A stretch of DNA of 64,000 nucleotides. Origin: Nitrosopumilus sp. (lineage in GTDB: Archaea > Thermoproteota > Nitrososphaeria > Nitrososphaerales > Nitrosopumilaceae). Of the stretch, positions 11,198 through 22,211 are shown piece by piece. Location: the NCBI GenBank assembly GCA_965214775.1, contig OZ243974.1:1152001-1216000 (forward strand). Reading direction: 5' to 3'. A program made the translations under genes and the position numbers. Within the stretch, counting starts at the first letter, position 1. The number at the start of each line of letters is the position of its first letter. The notes beneath the pieces were generated by a model that saw only the letters and a list, made by a program, of their open reading frames with translations, ran no database searches and was not told the origin of the DNA.

Positions 11198-11398
11198 CTG
11201 AGATCGTCGGCAGCGAGCCCGAACGGCCAGTCCCACACGGAGGAGGACTCCATGACGTATTTGGCGTCCTCCGAAATCCCTGCAAACGCACTTCTTATCT
11301 CGCCGTCCTTGTTGCTGATTTTTGTGTTCCTCAGCACCTTGCCGCTCTTGTCCATCACCGCAACTTGGATGAACTCCTTGTACACGTCTAGGCCTACG

Positions 11399-12533
11399 TA
11401 GTATCCTCGGCTACCAATTGATCACAAAAAGGACAATTTTTTTCAACCAAAGGATCTAAGAGCTATTAGTCCCATATATACACATGAAAGGAAAGAAGGA
11501 ATTACCGACGGGAACAGCGTTCCTGTACGGGATAGCAAGCAAGGACGAGCTTTTTAGGATGCACAAGTCCGAGAAGGACGCCAAGGCGGCAATCCGGCTC
11601 CTTGCATACCACATGAGAAAGTGCGGCGCGAGCATATATGATATTGCCGAGAAGCTGAGCAGGCCGTATGGAACCGTACGATACTGGCTGGTGCGTGCGC
11701 ACAAGCATGGCCTGGAGGGCAGGTTTGACATAAAGCATGGCGCCCCGTGCAGGCTCGACAAGAAACAGCTTGAACGGCTGCGCGCAGACCTGATCAAGGG
11801 CCCGGACAACTGCGGCTTTAAGGCCACAACATGGACAGGGCCGCTGGTCATTGCCCACGTCAAAAAGAAGTTCGGCATCACGTATGCAGAAACGAGCATG
11901 TACGACCTGCTGCACAGAATCGGCTTCTCATGCAGAAAGCCCAGGCCAAAACACCCAAAATCAGCCTCAGAATCCGAGAAAAAGGAGTTCAAAAAAAAAG
12001 CTAGGCAGAGCGCAAAGTACTATTCAAAAAAGGGGTACACGGTAATGATAGGCGACGAGTCCATGTTCATACTGGGATGGAACGTCAAGAACAGCTGGTA
12101 CCCCGTAGGAGAGCCGGTCTATACGCCCGTCAGCCTGTCCAGGAAGCGGTTCTATGTCATAGGGGCCCTCTCAAGAAACAGGTTTGACTATCGCTTTTAC
12201 GAAAAGGCCAACACGGGAACGTTCTACAAGTTTCTCAGGACACTGCGCCGCAAGTACGGCAAGGTGTTGTTGTTTGTCGACAACGCATCGTACCACAAGT
12301 CAGCAGAACTCAATAGAAAGATGGCCAAGTGGAACGGGGACGTGGTGCTAAAGTACCTGCCGCCGTACGCGCCGGAGCTTAACAACTCGGAGGGGCAGTG
12401 GCGCGGGTTCAAAAAGGCGACTTCAAACTGCCTTTACAAGACCGTCAAGGAGATGCAGAGATCACTGCGCAGTATGACGCGCAGGGGCGAGATAAAGGTG
12501 GTAAAGATGAACAAATAGCTGACGTAGATACTA
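11399..12533 (+). mobile_element. IS630-family element A, copy 1
   Basis: Ends TAGTATC...GATACTA with CG duplicated on both sides; a second copy lies at 39942-41074. Confidence 0.9.
11484..12518 (+). CDS. IS630 transposase
   Basis: HTH, GDES, VDNASYHKS and LPPYAPELN.SE motifs. Confidence 0.92.
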   Translation: MKGKKELPTGTAFLYGIASKDELFRMHKSEKDAKAAIRLLAYHMRKCGASIYDIAEKLSRPYGTVRYWLVRAHKHGLEGRFDIKHGAPCRLDKKQLERLRADLIKGPDNCGFKATTWTGPLVIAHVKKKFGITYAETSMYDLLHRIGFSCRKPRPKHPKSASESEKKEFKKKARQSAKYYSKKGYTVMIGDESMFILGWNVKNSWYPVGEPVYTPVSLSRKRFYVIGALSRNRFDYRFYEKANTGTFYKFLRTLRRKYGKVLLFVDNASYHKSAELNRKMAKWNGDVVLKYLPPYAPELNNSEGQWRGFKKATSNCLYKTVKEMQRSLRSMTRRGEIKVVKMNK

Positions 12534-12655
12534 CGTACTGCTGCTACACCGCCTTTGGTTTCACGCGTGTCCTCTTTTTTGCGGTAATCTGCATGTTTGC
12601 ATTGCCTCTTATCTTGGCACCGCCTGAATTTCGTCTTTGAGGCACATATGGTTAC

Positions 12656-13555
12656 TTACTTGTTCTTTAAAATCATAAACACAAAGTCACTATCGATTAC
12701 TTTTTCTTTAATTAACAACTGCTCTGTGTTGTATAGCAGTTTTAGAATCAACGAGTCTTTTTCGTTGCTAGGATCAAAATTTCCTACAATACAGTCCATC
12801 GCAAATTGCAACAGCGTCCCGCCATACTTTCGTTCGTAAACTACTTTGAAATTTTCTTTTAGCAATCTTGTTATTTCTCCTGATCTGATGGACTCTGAAG
12901 GATCATCTTTTTCAATCACTGCCGGTTTTTCTCTGTACGTGCTTTTTCTAATTCTTCCATCAACCACGCTTGTTTTGTAATTATCCGTCAAGTTACTCAA
13001 AACCCAATTCATTAATTCGACTTGTTTGTCGGTAAACTGATATCGTGACGGCCCAACATACTCATTTATTATGAACAGCCCCTCTGGCTTGAGGGCCCGT
13101 CTTACCTCCCCGAACAGCTCTTCTAATCTCTCTACGTGATGTATCGAATGCCATCCAAAAATTGCATCAAACGACCCTTTTTCTAATTTTATATTGTTAA
13201 GATTCGCCTCTTCATACTCTATGCTTTGAGCCAGTCCGTCTCTTGCAGCTTCCTTTTTTGCGACTTTGATTGCATCTGCTGATATGTCGACTCCCTTACA
13301 CCGTTTTGCGGTACCGTTGGCCGTGATTATTCTTTCTAAACGGCCGCTGCCTGAACCTAGGACTAGGGCACTGTCAAACTCCCCGAATTCTTTCAAAAAT
13401 GCAAATATGTCTACTGCCTCATTGCCTGTTATGGCTTTGTTGATACACTGAATTAGGGTGGGATGTGCACTCCAATGTTTTCGGGGCATGTCTGTTAGCG
13501 ACTCGTTTGCGCATTTTCCCCAAACGTCGTTGACTTTTTCCTTGTACGAGGTCAG
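12656..13555 (-). CDS. Class I SAM-dependent methyltransferase (start uncertain)
   Basis: VLGSGSG, GVDISADAI, FDAI..HSIHHV and ALKPEG motifs. The ORF extension to 13741 runs into an IS relic. Confidence 0.85.
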   Translation of the reverse strand: MTSYKEKVNDVWGKCANESLTDMPRKHWSAHPTLIQCINKAITGNEAVDIFAFLKEFGEFDSALVLGSGSGRLERIITANGTAKRCKGVDISADAIKVAKKEAARDGLAQSIEYEEANLNNIKLEKGSFDAIFGWHSIHHVERLEELFGEVRRALKPEGLFIINEYVGPSRYQFTDKQVELMNWVLSNLTDNYKTSVVDGRIRKSTYREKPAVIEKDDPSESIRSGEITRLLKENFKVVYERKYGGTLLQFAMDCIVGNFDPSNEKDSLILKLLYNTEQLLIKEKVIDSDFVFMILKNK

Positions 13556-13669
13556 TCCATCTCCCCCCCCGGCAAGCGTGAAAATAGCCGGCGTGCAAAT
13601 TCGTGTCGAGTTGCAAGGAACGCGACCCGTACTTTTGACGTGCTGTCCATTTGAATCATTGCCTGATCT

Positions 13670-14500
13670 CAGTAGATGAAAATGTACCCTCCTTTTTAAA
13701 TGTCTGATTGTTTTGACAGTAGATGAAAATGTACCCCGCAAATCCGTCTAACCGGGATCGTGCAGCCGCCGCCCAGCCCCGATCCTGCCTGCATCTGGCA
13801 CAGAGGCAGCACGAATACAGGATCACAACATACATGAGTCAGCAGTGTCATGACGCGGGTCTTTGGATCGGCCGAGTCCCTCATTGTCAGCCATATGTTG
13901 CATACTGCAAGCTACACGTAAAACAAAAGCATCCGCATGACAGGATTCCTGCTGACGGTCTGTGGCCTGACGCTCTTGGCACAGCGATATCCCGTCTCGA
14001 TACCCCACCTATTTTGATACTCTTTTGTCACATAGTGAAACAACTGCCGGTAGCCGTGGCAGTGTACCGTGGTCGCAAACACGGGCATCTGTCAAAGATG
14101 TTATTTGCCGTGGACTTTGGGATCTTCCTGATGACCAGAGTGAACGTGAATCTCCTGCCGTCTGATAGCTTTATGGCATACCTTGATACTGCCTTTCTCT
14201 TGTCGCAGGCACGCTGTACGATGGCCTGCTTTATTTATCCCCGGCGTCTTGACTGCAGAGAGGTGATCCGAAATTAGAAACCGTGCGAATTTTTCAAGTA
14301 ATTTCACAGATAATCTGTATTTTGTTGGTGTTTTGAGCCGTTTTATGCAAATTCGTTCACAAATAATCAGAGTTTGCTAATTTCGAATCAACTCTCAGGC
14401 ATGATGAATGCAAACCCGGCGCCGTATATGACATCCATTACGTCTACTGAAAAGAACCCCCTGTCAAGCAGGGTGACGCTTTGCCTTGACCCAGGCCTGG
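13670..14500 (-). pseudogene. Degraded ISH3/IS4-like transposase relic
   Basis: LLDRGFFSVDV on the minus strand at ~14440-14470; CAG...TGAAAATGTACCC TIR-like ends at 13670 and 13718. Confidence 0.65.
14259..14395. mobile_element. 137-bp MITE (AGAGGTGATC family), copy 2
   Basis: Homologous to 11061-11197; TSD CAG. Confidence 0.88.
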
Positions 14501-14530
14501 ACGTAATGCCCAGATCGGCGCATTTTTGGA

Positions 14531-15290
14531 GTAACCATATGTGTCTCAAAAACAAAATTCAGATGGTACCAAGATAAAAGGCAATGCAAACAGACAGATT
14601 AGCGCAAAAAAAAGGATATGTGTGAAATCAAAGGCGGAGCAGCAGTATGTCGGCCTGGACGTGCACAAGGAGTCCATCCAGGTCGCGGTGATGGACAAGG
14701 ACGGCAAGGTCCTGGGGAATACAAAAATAAGCAACAGGAACAGCGAGATAAGAGAGATGTTTGCAAAGATTCCGGATAACACCAGGTGCGTCATGGAGTC
14801 CTCGTATGCTAAAGAAATAGATGGCCTTCAGTCAGTGCATAGTGGACATGCGTGTGAAATGAACGTCATCATCATTATTATTATTGTCATTACAGTTAGA
14901 ACTTTAATCTGCGTTGATGTAGTTGAGGGAGATCCTCGTTTAGTAACTGCAGAACGGTTCTGACAAATGGATGAAGAATGGTACTGAGGGAGATCCTCGT
15001 ATAGATAAGTGTCCGACCTTCATTTTGTGATTGTCAGGAAGAGACCCCCAGCCAAAGCCATACTTCACAACACCGTTACGCGTGGAATCCTTATAAGCAC
15101 GACACATAGATAACTGCAGAACGGTTCTGACAAATGGATGAAGAATGGTACTGAGGGAGATCCTCGTATAGATAAGTGTCCGACCTTCATTTTGTGATTG
15201 TCAGGAAGAGACCCCCAGCCAAAGCCATACTTCACAACACCGTTACGCGTGGAATCCTTATAAGCACGACACATAGATACAACATCAGGT
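14531..15290 (+). mobile_element. Internally deleted IS110-family element with structured 3' non-coding region
   Basis: GTAACCATATG end; YVGLDVHKESIQVAV N-terminus fused to a C-terminal remnant; near-identical inverted copy at ~58617-59389. Confidence 0.72.
14944..15277 (+). repeat. 167-bp perfect tandem duplication
   Basis: 14944-15110 is identical to 15111-15277; only one unit is present in the inverted copy near 58810-58980. Confidence 0.95.
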
Positions 15291-15475
15291 CCTTTTTATA
15301 CTGACAAGCCAACTTTTCTGGGCAGCGTCTTATGATCAGATGCCCTTGCAGACATGGCTGAGCATCAGACATTTGTGACCAGTCATTGCAGGATTGGAAT
15401 TTGCTGGGGTGATCCATTATCGGCATCCTAGTCAAAGAATTCCGATGGAAATCTTTTTTGATCTTGCCTGGTTGA

Positions 15476-15750
15476 TCTATTGTACGAAAATTAGGTCGCA
15501 CTAATTTGAAGAGGATTGCAAAGGATTACTTTAGGCTTTACCGATCAAGAAAACCGATGGTTACAAGGCTCGAGGCAAAGCAGATCAGATACGCAGTGAC
15601 GCAGTGTGCAGGGGGACGAAAGCCCTCGGAGGTGGCCCCGGAGATAGGCGTCACGACAAGGCACGTCCAGCGGATGCATGCCCGGTTCAAGAAGACAGGC
15701 GACACGCACCACGTGCCGCTCAAGCCGGGAAGGAAAAGGAGCGCTCTGGT
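15476..15750 (+). pseudogene. IS481-family left end and transposase N-terminal fragment
   Basis: TCTATTGTACGAAAA end as at 24827; HTH 'TTRHVQRMHARF'. Confidence 0.75.
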
Positions 15751-16121
15751 TCCCGACGGGGGCGTTTTTATCATGTGTTCAACAACAGTCTAACCCCGAA
15801 TACATCTTTATTAATTACGCCGGGTTTAATGATAATATCAGAATGAGCGCGTTATACACTACCACACTGTCGGTCACCGTTATCAAAACCCCACATGATC
15901 ACTGGGGGGGGGTAGTTGACCCGGGCCCTGCCGTCGGGGCTGGGAAGGGGCCCTCGTTCCGGCGGCTATGAAAGGCTGGCCTGCGGTTCGGATCCTGACG
16001 GCACAGGGGCCGCCATGCATGGGGGTCTTGCCCGTGCGGACTGCTGCAGGTGGCTTGTACAGGACAACAAATCAGGCTACGACATGGGAGGCAACACTAC
16101 AGAGTCCGGAGGTAATCTGCC

Positions 16122-19100
16122 ATGGCCGTAAAACGGCAACGCCCGCCCCGTCGATCTCCTGCAGGAACCCCAGCACTGTACTTGGCATTTATTGCAGCCG
16201 CCGTCTCCGGCCTGGCCGTAGCGGGATCTCTGCAGGAGGTGCACGCGCAGAACCGGATCGAGGTGATCCCTGCCGGGATGCTAAGTGATCACTCATCATG
16301 GCTGCTTGATGGTGCCACCGGCGTAGAAGTCTTTATAATAGGCAGCAAGACATATGCGGCGGTGATTGCCTATCAGGACGACGGCCTCCAGATTGTAGAC
16401 ATCTCCAATCCATCTGACCCCTATAACCTTGCAAAGCTGGAAAACAACGGATCTCGGCTACTTGATGCCCCCTATGGTGTGGATATATTCAAGATAGGCA
16501 GCAAGACCTACGCGGCAATCGCCTCCAGATTCAGCGACGGCCTCCAGATTGTAGACATCTCCAATCCCTCCAGCCCGGCTGCCGTCGGAAAGCTGGGAGA
16601 TAACAACTCCCGACTGCTTGACGGCGCCCATGACGTGGATGTCTTTACGATAGGCAGCAAGACCTACGCGGCAGTGGCCTCCCTTGAGGATGACGGCCTC
16701 CAGATTGTAGACGTCTCCAATCCCTCCAGCCCTACTGCCGTCGGAAAGCTGGGAGATAACAACTCTAGGGAGCTTGACGGCGCCCGTGGCGTAGACGTCT
16801 TTACGATAGGCAGCAAGACCTACGCGGCAGTAGCTGCCAATTATGATGACGGCCTCCAGATTGTAGACGTCTCCAATCCCTCCAGCCCTACTGCCGTCGG
16901 AAAGCTGGGAGATAACAACTCTAGGGAGCTTGACGGCGCCATAGGGGTGGCCGTCTTTACGATAGGCAGCAAGACCTACGCGGCAGTGGCCTCGTTTGAG
17001 GATCGAGGCCTCCAGATTGTAGACGTCTCCGATCCCTCCAGCCCGGCTGCCGTCGGAAAGCTGGAGAACAGCAACACAAACCTGCTTGACGGCGCCACCG
17101 GCGTGGATGTCTTCGTGATGGCTGGCAGGACATACGCGGCGGTGGCATCTGCCTTCGATAATGGTCTCCAGATTGTAGATGTCTCCAATCCCTCCAGCCC
17201 AACTGCCGACGGAAAGCTGAAAGACAACAACTCTAGGGTACTTGGCGGCGCCGTCGCCGTGGACATCTTCATGATGGGCGACAGGACCTACGCGGCAGTC
17301 GCCTCGGATAGCGATGATGGCCTCCAGCTGATACAGCTTCGCGATCGTATAAAGCCCGGGTTTGTCTCGGCCGCACTAGACGAGAACACGGGCCTCATGA
17401 TGATTACCCTCGATGAACCCATAGACACATCGGATACTGATCTCTCCAAGCTGTACGTCAGCGATGCGGGCAGGACAAACGAGGTGGTTCTGACGGGGGC
17501 TACCTTTGATGATACGGTGCCGGACTTGGACACGATAACATTTACGCTTACCAACACCCAGCTTGACGACATAATCCCGATGGCAACGCCGCAGCTTGAC
17601 ATTGCCGCAGGCGCAGTGGAGGATCTTGCCGCAAACGCCATAGACGCGGCGCCTGACAATGCAATCACGACGGCAAGCCCGGACAGCCCGATCCCGTCCG
17701 GAAGGCTGACCGACAGCCCGCAGGTGCATCTTGACAAGTCCCGCAGCGTGGACGTCTTCACGCTAGGCGGCAAGATCTACGCCGTCGCCGTATCCAGCAC
17801 CGAGGATGCCATCCAGATTGTTGACATCAGCAGTCCCGACAGGCCTCGGGCCCGCGGCAGTCTTGATACGGCTGACTCACCTACGCTGTTGCTTGACGGC
17901 GCCCGCGCAGTGGATACATTCACGACGGGCGGCAAGATCTACGCCGTCGTGGCCTCGCATGCCGATGACGGCATCCAGATAGTCCGCGTCTCGGATCTTA
18001 CGCATCCGCAGCCTGCCGGGAGGCTGGATGACAACAAATCCCGGCTGCTTGACGGTGCCAACGGCGTCAACGTCTTTAGGATAGGCACGGGCATCTATGC
18101 TGCAGTCACCTCCCAGTACGACGGCGGTCTTCAGATCATAGACGTCACCAATCCCGACAGTCCGACAGAGGCCGGAAAGCTGGAGGACGGTACCTTCCGG
18201 CTGCTTGATGACACCACCGACGTGGACACCTTCAGAGTGGGCGGCTCCACCTATGCAGTCGTATCCTCTTGGGTTGACAAAGGCATCCAGATTGTGGATG
18301 TAAGCAATCCGGACAGTCCGAGAGAGTCCGAGGTTCTGAAAGACAACAATGACCTGCTACTCGACGGAATACGTGCAGTGGACGCCTTTGAGGTGGGGGG
18401 CACCGCATATGCTGCAGTGGCATCGCACACCGACGGAGGTCTTCAGATCATAGACGTCTCCAATCCTGCCAGCCCTGCAGCGGCCGGAAAGCTTGCAGAC
18501 ACCGACGACCTGTTGCTTGGTGGTGCCAGCGGCGTGGAGATCTTCAGGGTGGGCAAGGCCGTCTATGCCGCAGTGGCCTCCCAGTACGACGGCGGCCTCC
18601 AGATTGTGGATGTCTCCGATCCCGACAATCCGACAGCGGCCGGATCCCTGGAGGACGGCCCGGAACTGTCGCTTGCAGCGGCCCGGAATCTGTCCGTGTT
18701 CACCCACGGAGGGGATCTGTACGCCGCAGTGGTCTCCGACACGGAGGGACTCCAGATAGTAAAGCTTGCCGAGGACGATCTCGAGTTTGTATCGGCGACG
18801 CTTGACGCGGCCACGGGCAAGATGACGGTTACCTTCACTAAGACCATAGATGTATCAGATACGAAACTGTCAAAGATGTATGTCAGCGATGCCGGCAAGA
18901 CAAACGAGGTGGTCCTAAGCGGGGCGACCTTTGACAAAACGACACGTGACTCGGAGACCATATCACTTACGCTTGTCCCGGCCCAGCTAGACGACATAAC
19001 ACGGATGGCGGCCCCGCAGCTTGACATAGCAGCCGGCGCCGTGTCAGACGTATCGGGTAATGACATAGCCGCGGCGTCTGACAACCCGGTCACGGTGGCC

Positions 19101-22100
19101 ATCGTGATGACCCCGGTCGGGAATATAAGTGACGACCACTCGTTACTGCTTGATTCTGCCCGCGCAGTGGATACGTTTACGATAGGCAGCAGGATCTACG
19201 CGGCAGTGGCGGCCTCATCTGACGACGGTCTCCAGCTGGTCGATATCTCCGATCCCTCCAGTCCCGTCGCCGCCGGGCATCTTGAGGATACCGAGGGCAG
19301 CAACGAGCTGCTGCTTGATGGTTCCAACGACGTGAACGTCTTTGTAATCGGCAGCAGGACATATGCCGCAGTGACCACCGCATCTGACCACGGCCTCCAG
19401 ATTGTAGACGTCTCCAATCCCTCCAGCCCGACTGCCGCCGGAAAACTGGCAGACAACAGCTCTAGGGAGCTTAAAGGCGCCACAGGGGTGGCCGTCTTTA
19501 CGATAGGCGGCAAGACCTACGCGGCAGTGGCGGCCTCATCTGACGACGGTCTCCAGCTGGTCGATATCTCCGATCCCACCAACCCGACTGCCGCCGGAAA
19601 TCTGGGGGATACCAACTCTAGGCTGCTTGACGGTGCCTCTGACGTGGCCGTCTTTACGATAGGCGGCAAGACCTACGCGGCAGTGGCCTCATCTGCCTCT
19701 GACGACGGTCTCCAGCTGGTCGATATCTCCGATCCCACCAACCCGACTGCCGCCGGGCAGCTGGCAGCTACCAAATCTAGGCTGCTTGACGGCGTCGAGG
19801 GCCTAGACATCTTTACAACGGGTGGCAAGACCTACGCCGTCGTGACAGCCAGATTTGACGACGCCCTCCAGATTATAGACATCACCGATCCCGACAAACC
19901 TGTAGCTGCAGGGAACCTGGTGGACGGCGGCAACCTGCGGCTTGGCTCTCCCTTTGACGTGGATGTCTTCACGCTAGACGGCAAGACCTACGCCGCAGTC
20001 ACGTCGTTTGCTGATGACACACTCCAGATCATAGATGTCACCAATCCTGCCGGTCCGGCCGCCGCCGGCAGTCTGAGAGACGGAGGTTCTCTGAATCTTA
20101 ACGGCATCGATGCCGTGAACGTTTTTACAGTCGGAGCGGACACCTACGCTGCAGTCGCCGCCCAACTGGATGACGGTCTCCAGATGGTGAGGCTGAGCTC
20201 ATGGGGGACATCCAACACCCCACCGGTGGCACCATCCGCGACGGCAACCACCGCAGAGGACACGTCTGTAACCATAACTCCGAACATATCGGATCCGGAC
20301 ACATCAGACACCCCGAGGATATCGGCAGTAGAGAACCCGCCCAACGGGACTGTTATACATGATGATACCACCATAACTTATACGCCCGATCAGGGCTATA
20401 CGGGCACCGATACGTTCGGATATACGGTAACTGATGGCACCGACTCTGTACAAGGCACGGTAACGGTAACCGTCACACGCGACAACAACACCTCAAAGGC
20501 AATATCTGACCTGCTGAGCATCTACCACGCAAGGCCGGATCTGCAGGCAGCATACCCGGAGGCCGGCTCCAACAACGATATGACGGGACTACTTAGGTGG
20601 GCATGGCAGTACGGAATTGTTGACTATCCTGCAGACCCCAACGGCCCGCATGCAGTCCTGGGCCCGCACGCGCACACCTATGCACTGCTCTCCATATACG
20701 ACGCAAGGCCCGACCTGCAGGCAGCATACCCGGAGGTCGTGGCAGGCGATCGTGACGCACTGACTGTCTGGGCGCGCGACTGGGGAATCAACGACTATCC
20801 GGATGATCCGGTGGGTCCTGCCGCAGTCCTGGGCCCGCACGCGCACACCTATGCACTGCTCTCCATATACGACGCAAGGCCCGACCTGCAGGCAGCATAC
20901 CCGGAGGTCGTGGCAGGCGATCGTGACGCACTGACTGTCTGGGCGCGCGACTGGGGAATCAACGACTATCCGGATGATCCGGTGGGTCCTGCCGCAGTCC
21001 TGGGCCCGCACGCGCACACCTATGCACTGCTCTCCATATACGACGCAAGGCCCGACCTGCAGGCAGCATACCCGGAGGTCGTGGCAGGCGATCGTGACGC
21101 ACTGACTGTCTGGGCGCGCGACTGGGGAATCAACGACTATCCGGATGATCCGGTGGGTCCTGCCGCAGTCCTGGGCCCGCACGCGCACACCTATGCACTG
21201 CTCTCCATATACGACGCAAGGCCCGACCTGCAGGCAGCATACCCGGAGGTCGTGGCAGGCGATCGTGACGCACTGACTGTCTGGGCGCGCGACTGGGGAA
21301 TCAACGACTATCCGGATGATCCGGTGGGTCCTGCCGCAGTCCTGGGCCCGCACGCGCACACCTATGCACTGCTCTCCATATACGACGCAAGGCCCGACCT
21401 GCAGGCAGCATACCCGGAGGTCGTGGCAGGCGATCGTGACGCACTGACTGTCTGGGCGCGCGACTGGGGAATCAACGACTATCCGGATGATCCGGTGGGT
21501 CCTGCCGCAGTCCTGGGCCCGCACGCGCACACCTATGCACTGCTCTCCATATACGACGCAAGGCCCGACCTGCAGGCAGCATACCCGGAGGTCGTGGCAG
21601 GCGATCGTGACGCACTGACTGTCTGGGCGCGCGACTGGGGAATCAACGACTATCCGGATGATCCGGTGGGTCCTGCCGCAGTCCTGGGCCCGCACGCGCA
21701 CACCTATGCACTGCTCTCCATATACGACGCAAGGCCCGACCTGCAGGCAGCATACCCGGAGGTCGTGGCAGGCGACCACACAGCACTGACTGTCTGGGCG
21801 CGCGACTGGGGAATCAACGACTATCCGGATGATCCGGTGGGTCCTGCCGCAGTCCTGGGCCCGCACGCGCACACCTATGCACTGCTCTCCATATACGACG
21901 CAAGGCCCGACCTGCAGGCAGCATACCCGGAGGTCGTGGCAGGCGACCACACAGCACTGACTGTCTGGGCGCGCGACTGGGGAATCAACGACTATCCGGA
22001 TGATCCGGTGGGTCCTGCCGCAGTCCTGGGCCCGCACGCGCACACCTATGCACTGCTCTCCATATACGACGCAAGGCCCGACCTGCAGGCAGCATACCCG

Positions 22101-22211
22101 GAGGTCGTGGCAGGCGATCGTGACGCACTGATCAAGTGGATACGGGATTACGGGATAACTGAATATCCGTCTGTCCTAGGCCCATATGCACACGTCTATG
22201 GTAGAGGCTAA
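16122..22211 (+). CDS. Giant secreted surface protein 2 (paralogue of 4413-10499) with 10 C-terminal RPDL repeats
   Basis: Signal-like N-terminus ending EVHA|Q; three LVIVD-like blocks; two 'FVSA.LD..TG' spacer domains; one Big_9-like domain; 57-aa repeats. Confidence 0.92.
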   Translation: MAVKRQRPPRRSPAGTPALYLAFIAAAVSGLAVAGSLQEVHAQNRIEVIPAGMLSDHSSWLLDGATGVEVFIIGSKTYAAVIAYQDDGLQIVDISNPSDPYNLAKLENNGSRLLDAPYGVDIFKIGSKTYAAIASRFSDGLQIVDISNPSSPAAVGKLGDNNSRLLDGAHDVDVFTIGSKTYAAVASLEDDGLQIVDVSNPSSPTAVGKLGDNNSRELDGARGVDVFTIGSKTYAAVAANYDDGLQIVDVSNPSSPTAVGKLGDNNSRELDGAIGVAVFTIGSKTYAAVASFEDRGLQIVDVSDPSSPAAVGKLENSNTNLLDGATGVDVFVMAGRTYAAVASAFDNGLQIVDVSNPSSPTADGKLKDNNSRVLGGAVAVDIFMMGDRTYAAVASDSDDGLQLIQLRDRIKPGFVSAALDENTGLMMITLDEPIDTSDTDLSKLYVSDAGRTNEVVLTGATFDDTVPDLDTITFTLTNTQLDDIIPMATPQLDIAAGAVEDLAANAIDAAPDNAITTASPDSPIPSGRLTDSPQVHLDKSRSVDVFTLGGKIYAVAVSSTEDAIQIVDISSPDRPRARGSLDTADSPTLLLDGARAVDTFTTGGKIYAVVASHADDGIQIVRVSDLTHPQPAGRLDDNKSRLLDGANGVNVFRIGTGIYAAVTSQYDGGLQIIDVTNPDSPTEAGKLEDGTFRLLDDTTDVDTFRVGGSTYAVVSSWVDKGIQIVDVSNPDSPRESEVLKDNNDLLLDGIRAVDAFEVGGTAYAAVASHTDGGLQIIDVSNPASPAAAGKLADTDDLLLGGASGVEIFRVGKAVYAAVASQYDGGLQIVDVSDPDNPTAAGSLEDGPELSLAAARNLSVFTHGGDLYAAVVSDTEGLQIVKLAEDDLEFVSATLDAATGKMTVTFTKTIDVSDTKLSKMYVSDAGKTNEVVLSGATFDKTTRDSETISLTLVPAQLDDITRMAAPQLDIAAGAVSDVSGNDIAAASDNPVTVAIVMTPVGNISDDHSLLLDSARAVDTFTIGSRIYAAVAASSDDGLQLVDISDPSSPVAAGHLEDTEGSNELLLDGSNDVNVFVIGSRTYAAVTTASDHGLQIVDVSNPSSPTAAGKLADNSSRELKGATGVAVFTIGGKTYAAVAASSDDGLQLVDISDPTNPTAAGNLGDTNSRLLDGASDVAVFTIGGKTYAAVASSASDDGLQLVDISDPTNPTAAGQLAATKSRLLDGVEGLDIFTTGGKTYAVVTARFDDALQIIDITDPDKPVAAGNLVDGGNLRLGSPFDVDVFTLDGKTYAAVTSFADDTLQIIDVTNPAGPAAAGSLRDGGSLNLNGIDAVNVFTVGADTYAAVAAQLDDGLQMVRLSSWGTSNTPPVAPSATATTAEDTSVTITPNISDPDTSDTPRISAVENPPNGTVIHDDTTITYTPDQGYTGTDTFGYTVTDGTDSVQGTVTVTVTRDNNTSKAISDLLSIYHARPDLQAAYPEAGSNNDMTGLLRWAWQYGIVDYPADPNGPHAVLGPHAHTYALLSIYDARPDLQAAYPEVVAGDRDALTVWARDWGINDYPDDPVGPAAVLGPHAHTYALLSIYDARPDLQAAYPEVVAGDRDALTVWARDWGINDYPDDPVGPAAVLGPHAHTYALLSIYDARPDLQAAYPEVVAGDRDALTVWARDWGINDYPDDPVGPAAVLGPHAHTYALLSIYDARPDLQAAYPEVVAGDRDALTVWARDWGINDYPDDPVGPAAVLGPHAHTYALLSIYDARPDLQAAYPEVVAGDRDALTVWARDWGINDYPDDPVGPAAVLGPHAHTYALLSIYDARPDLQAAYPEVVAGDRDALTVWARDWGINDYPDDPVGPAAVLGPHAHTYALLSIYDARPDLQAAYPEVVAGDHTALTVWARDWGINDYPDDPVGPAAVLGPHAHTYALLSIYDARPDLQAAYPEVVAGDHTALTVWARDWGINDYPDDPVGPAAVLGPHAHTYALLSIYDARPDLQAAYPEVVAGDRDALIKWIRDYGITEYPSVLGPYAHVYGRG
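20500..22208 (+). repeat. 171-bp tandem coding repeat, 10 units
   Basis: Same unit as 9130-10496; internal units nearly identical to each other. Confidence 0.97.

Larger units (their letters stand above)
11198..12655 (-). pseudogene. IS110-family recombinase N-terminal relic, interrupted by IS630-A
   Basis: QQYVGLDV...QVAVMDKSGKVL...VMESS; left end GTAACCATATG at 12655. Confidence 0.78.

Noticed and set aside
13556-13741. N-terminal extension of the methyltransferase ORF
   Set aside because: It overlaps ISH3-like terminal repeats and is unlikely to be coding.
14924-15172. Three ~16-20-bp hairpin repeats as a mini-CRISPR
   Set aside because: Spacing is irregular and the third copy arises from a 167-bp tandem duplication.
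4413-22211. Diversity-generating retroelement TR/VR pair
   Set aside because: No reverse transcriptase is present and the differences between copies are not adenine-specific.
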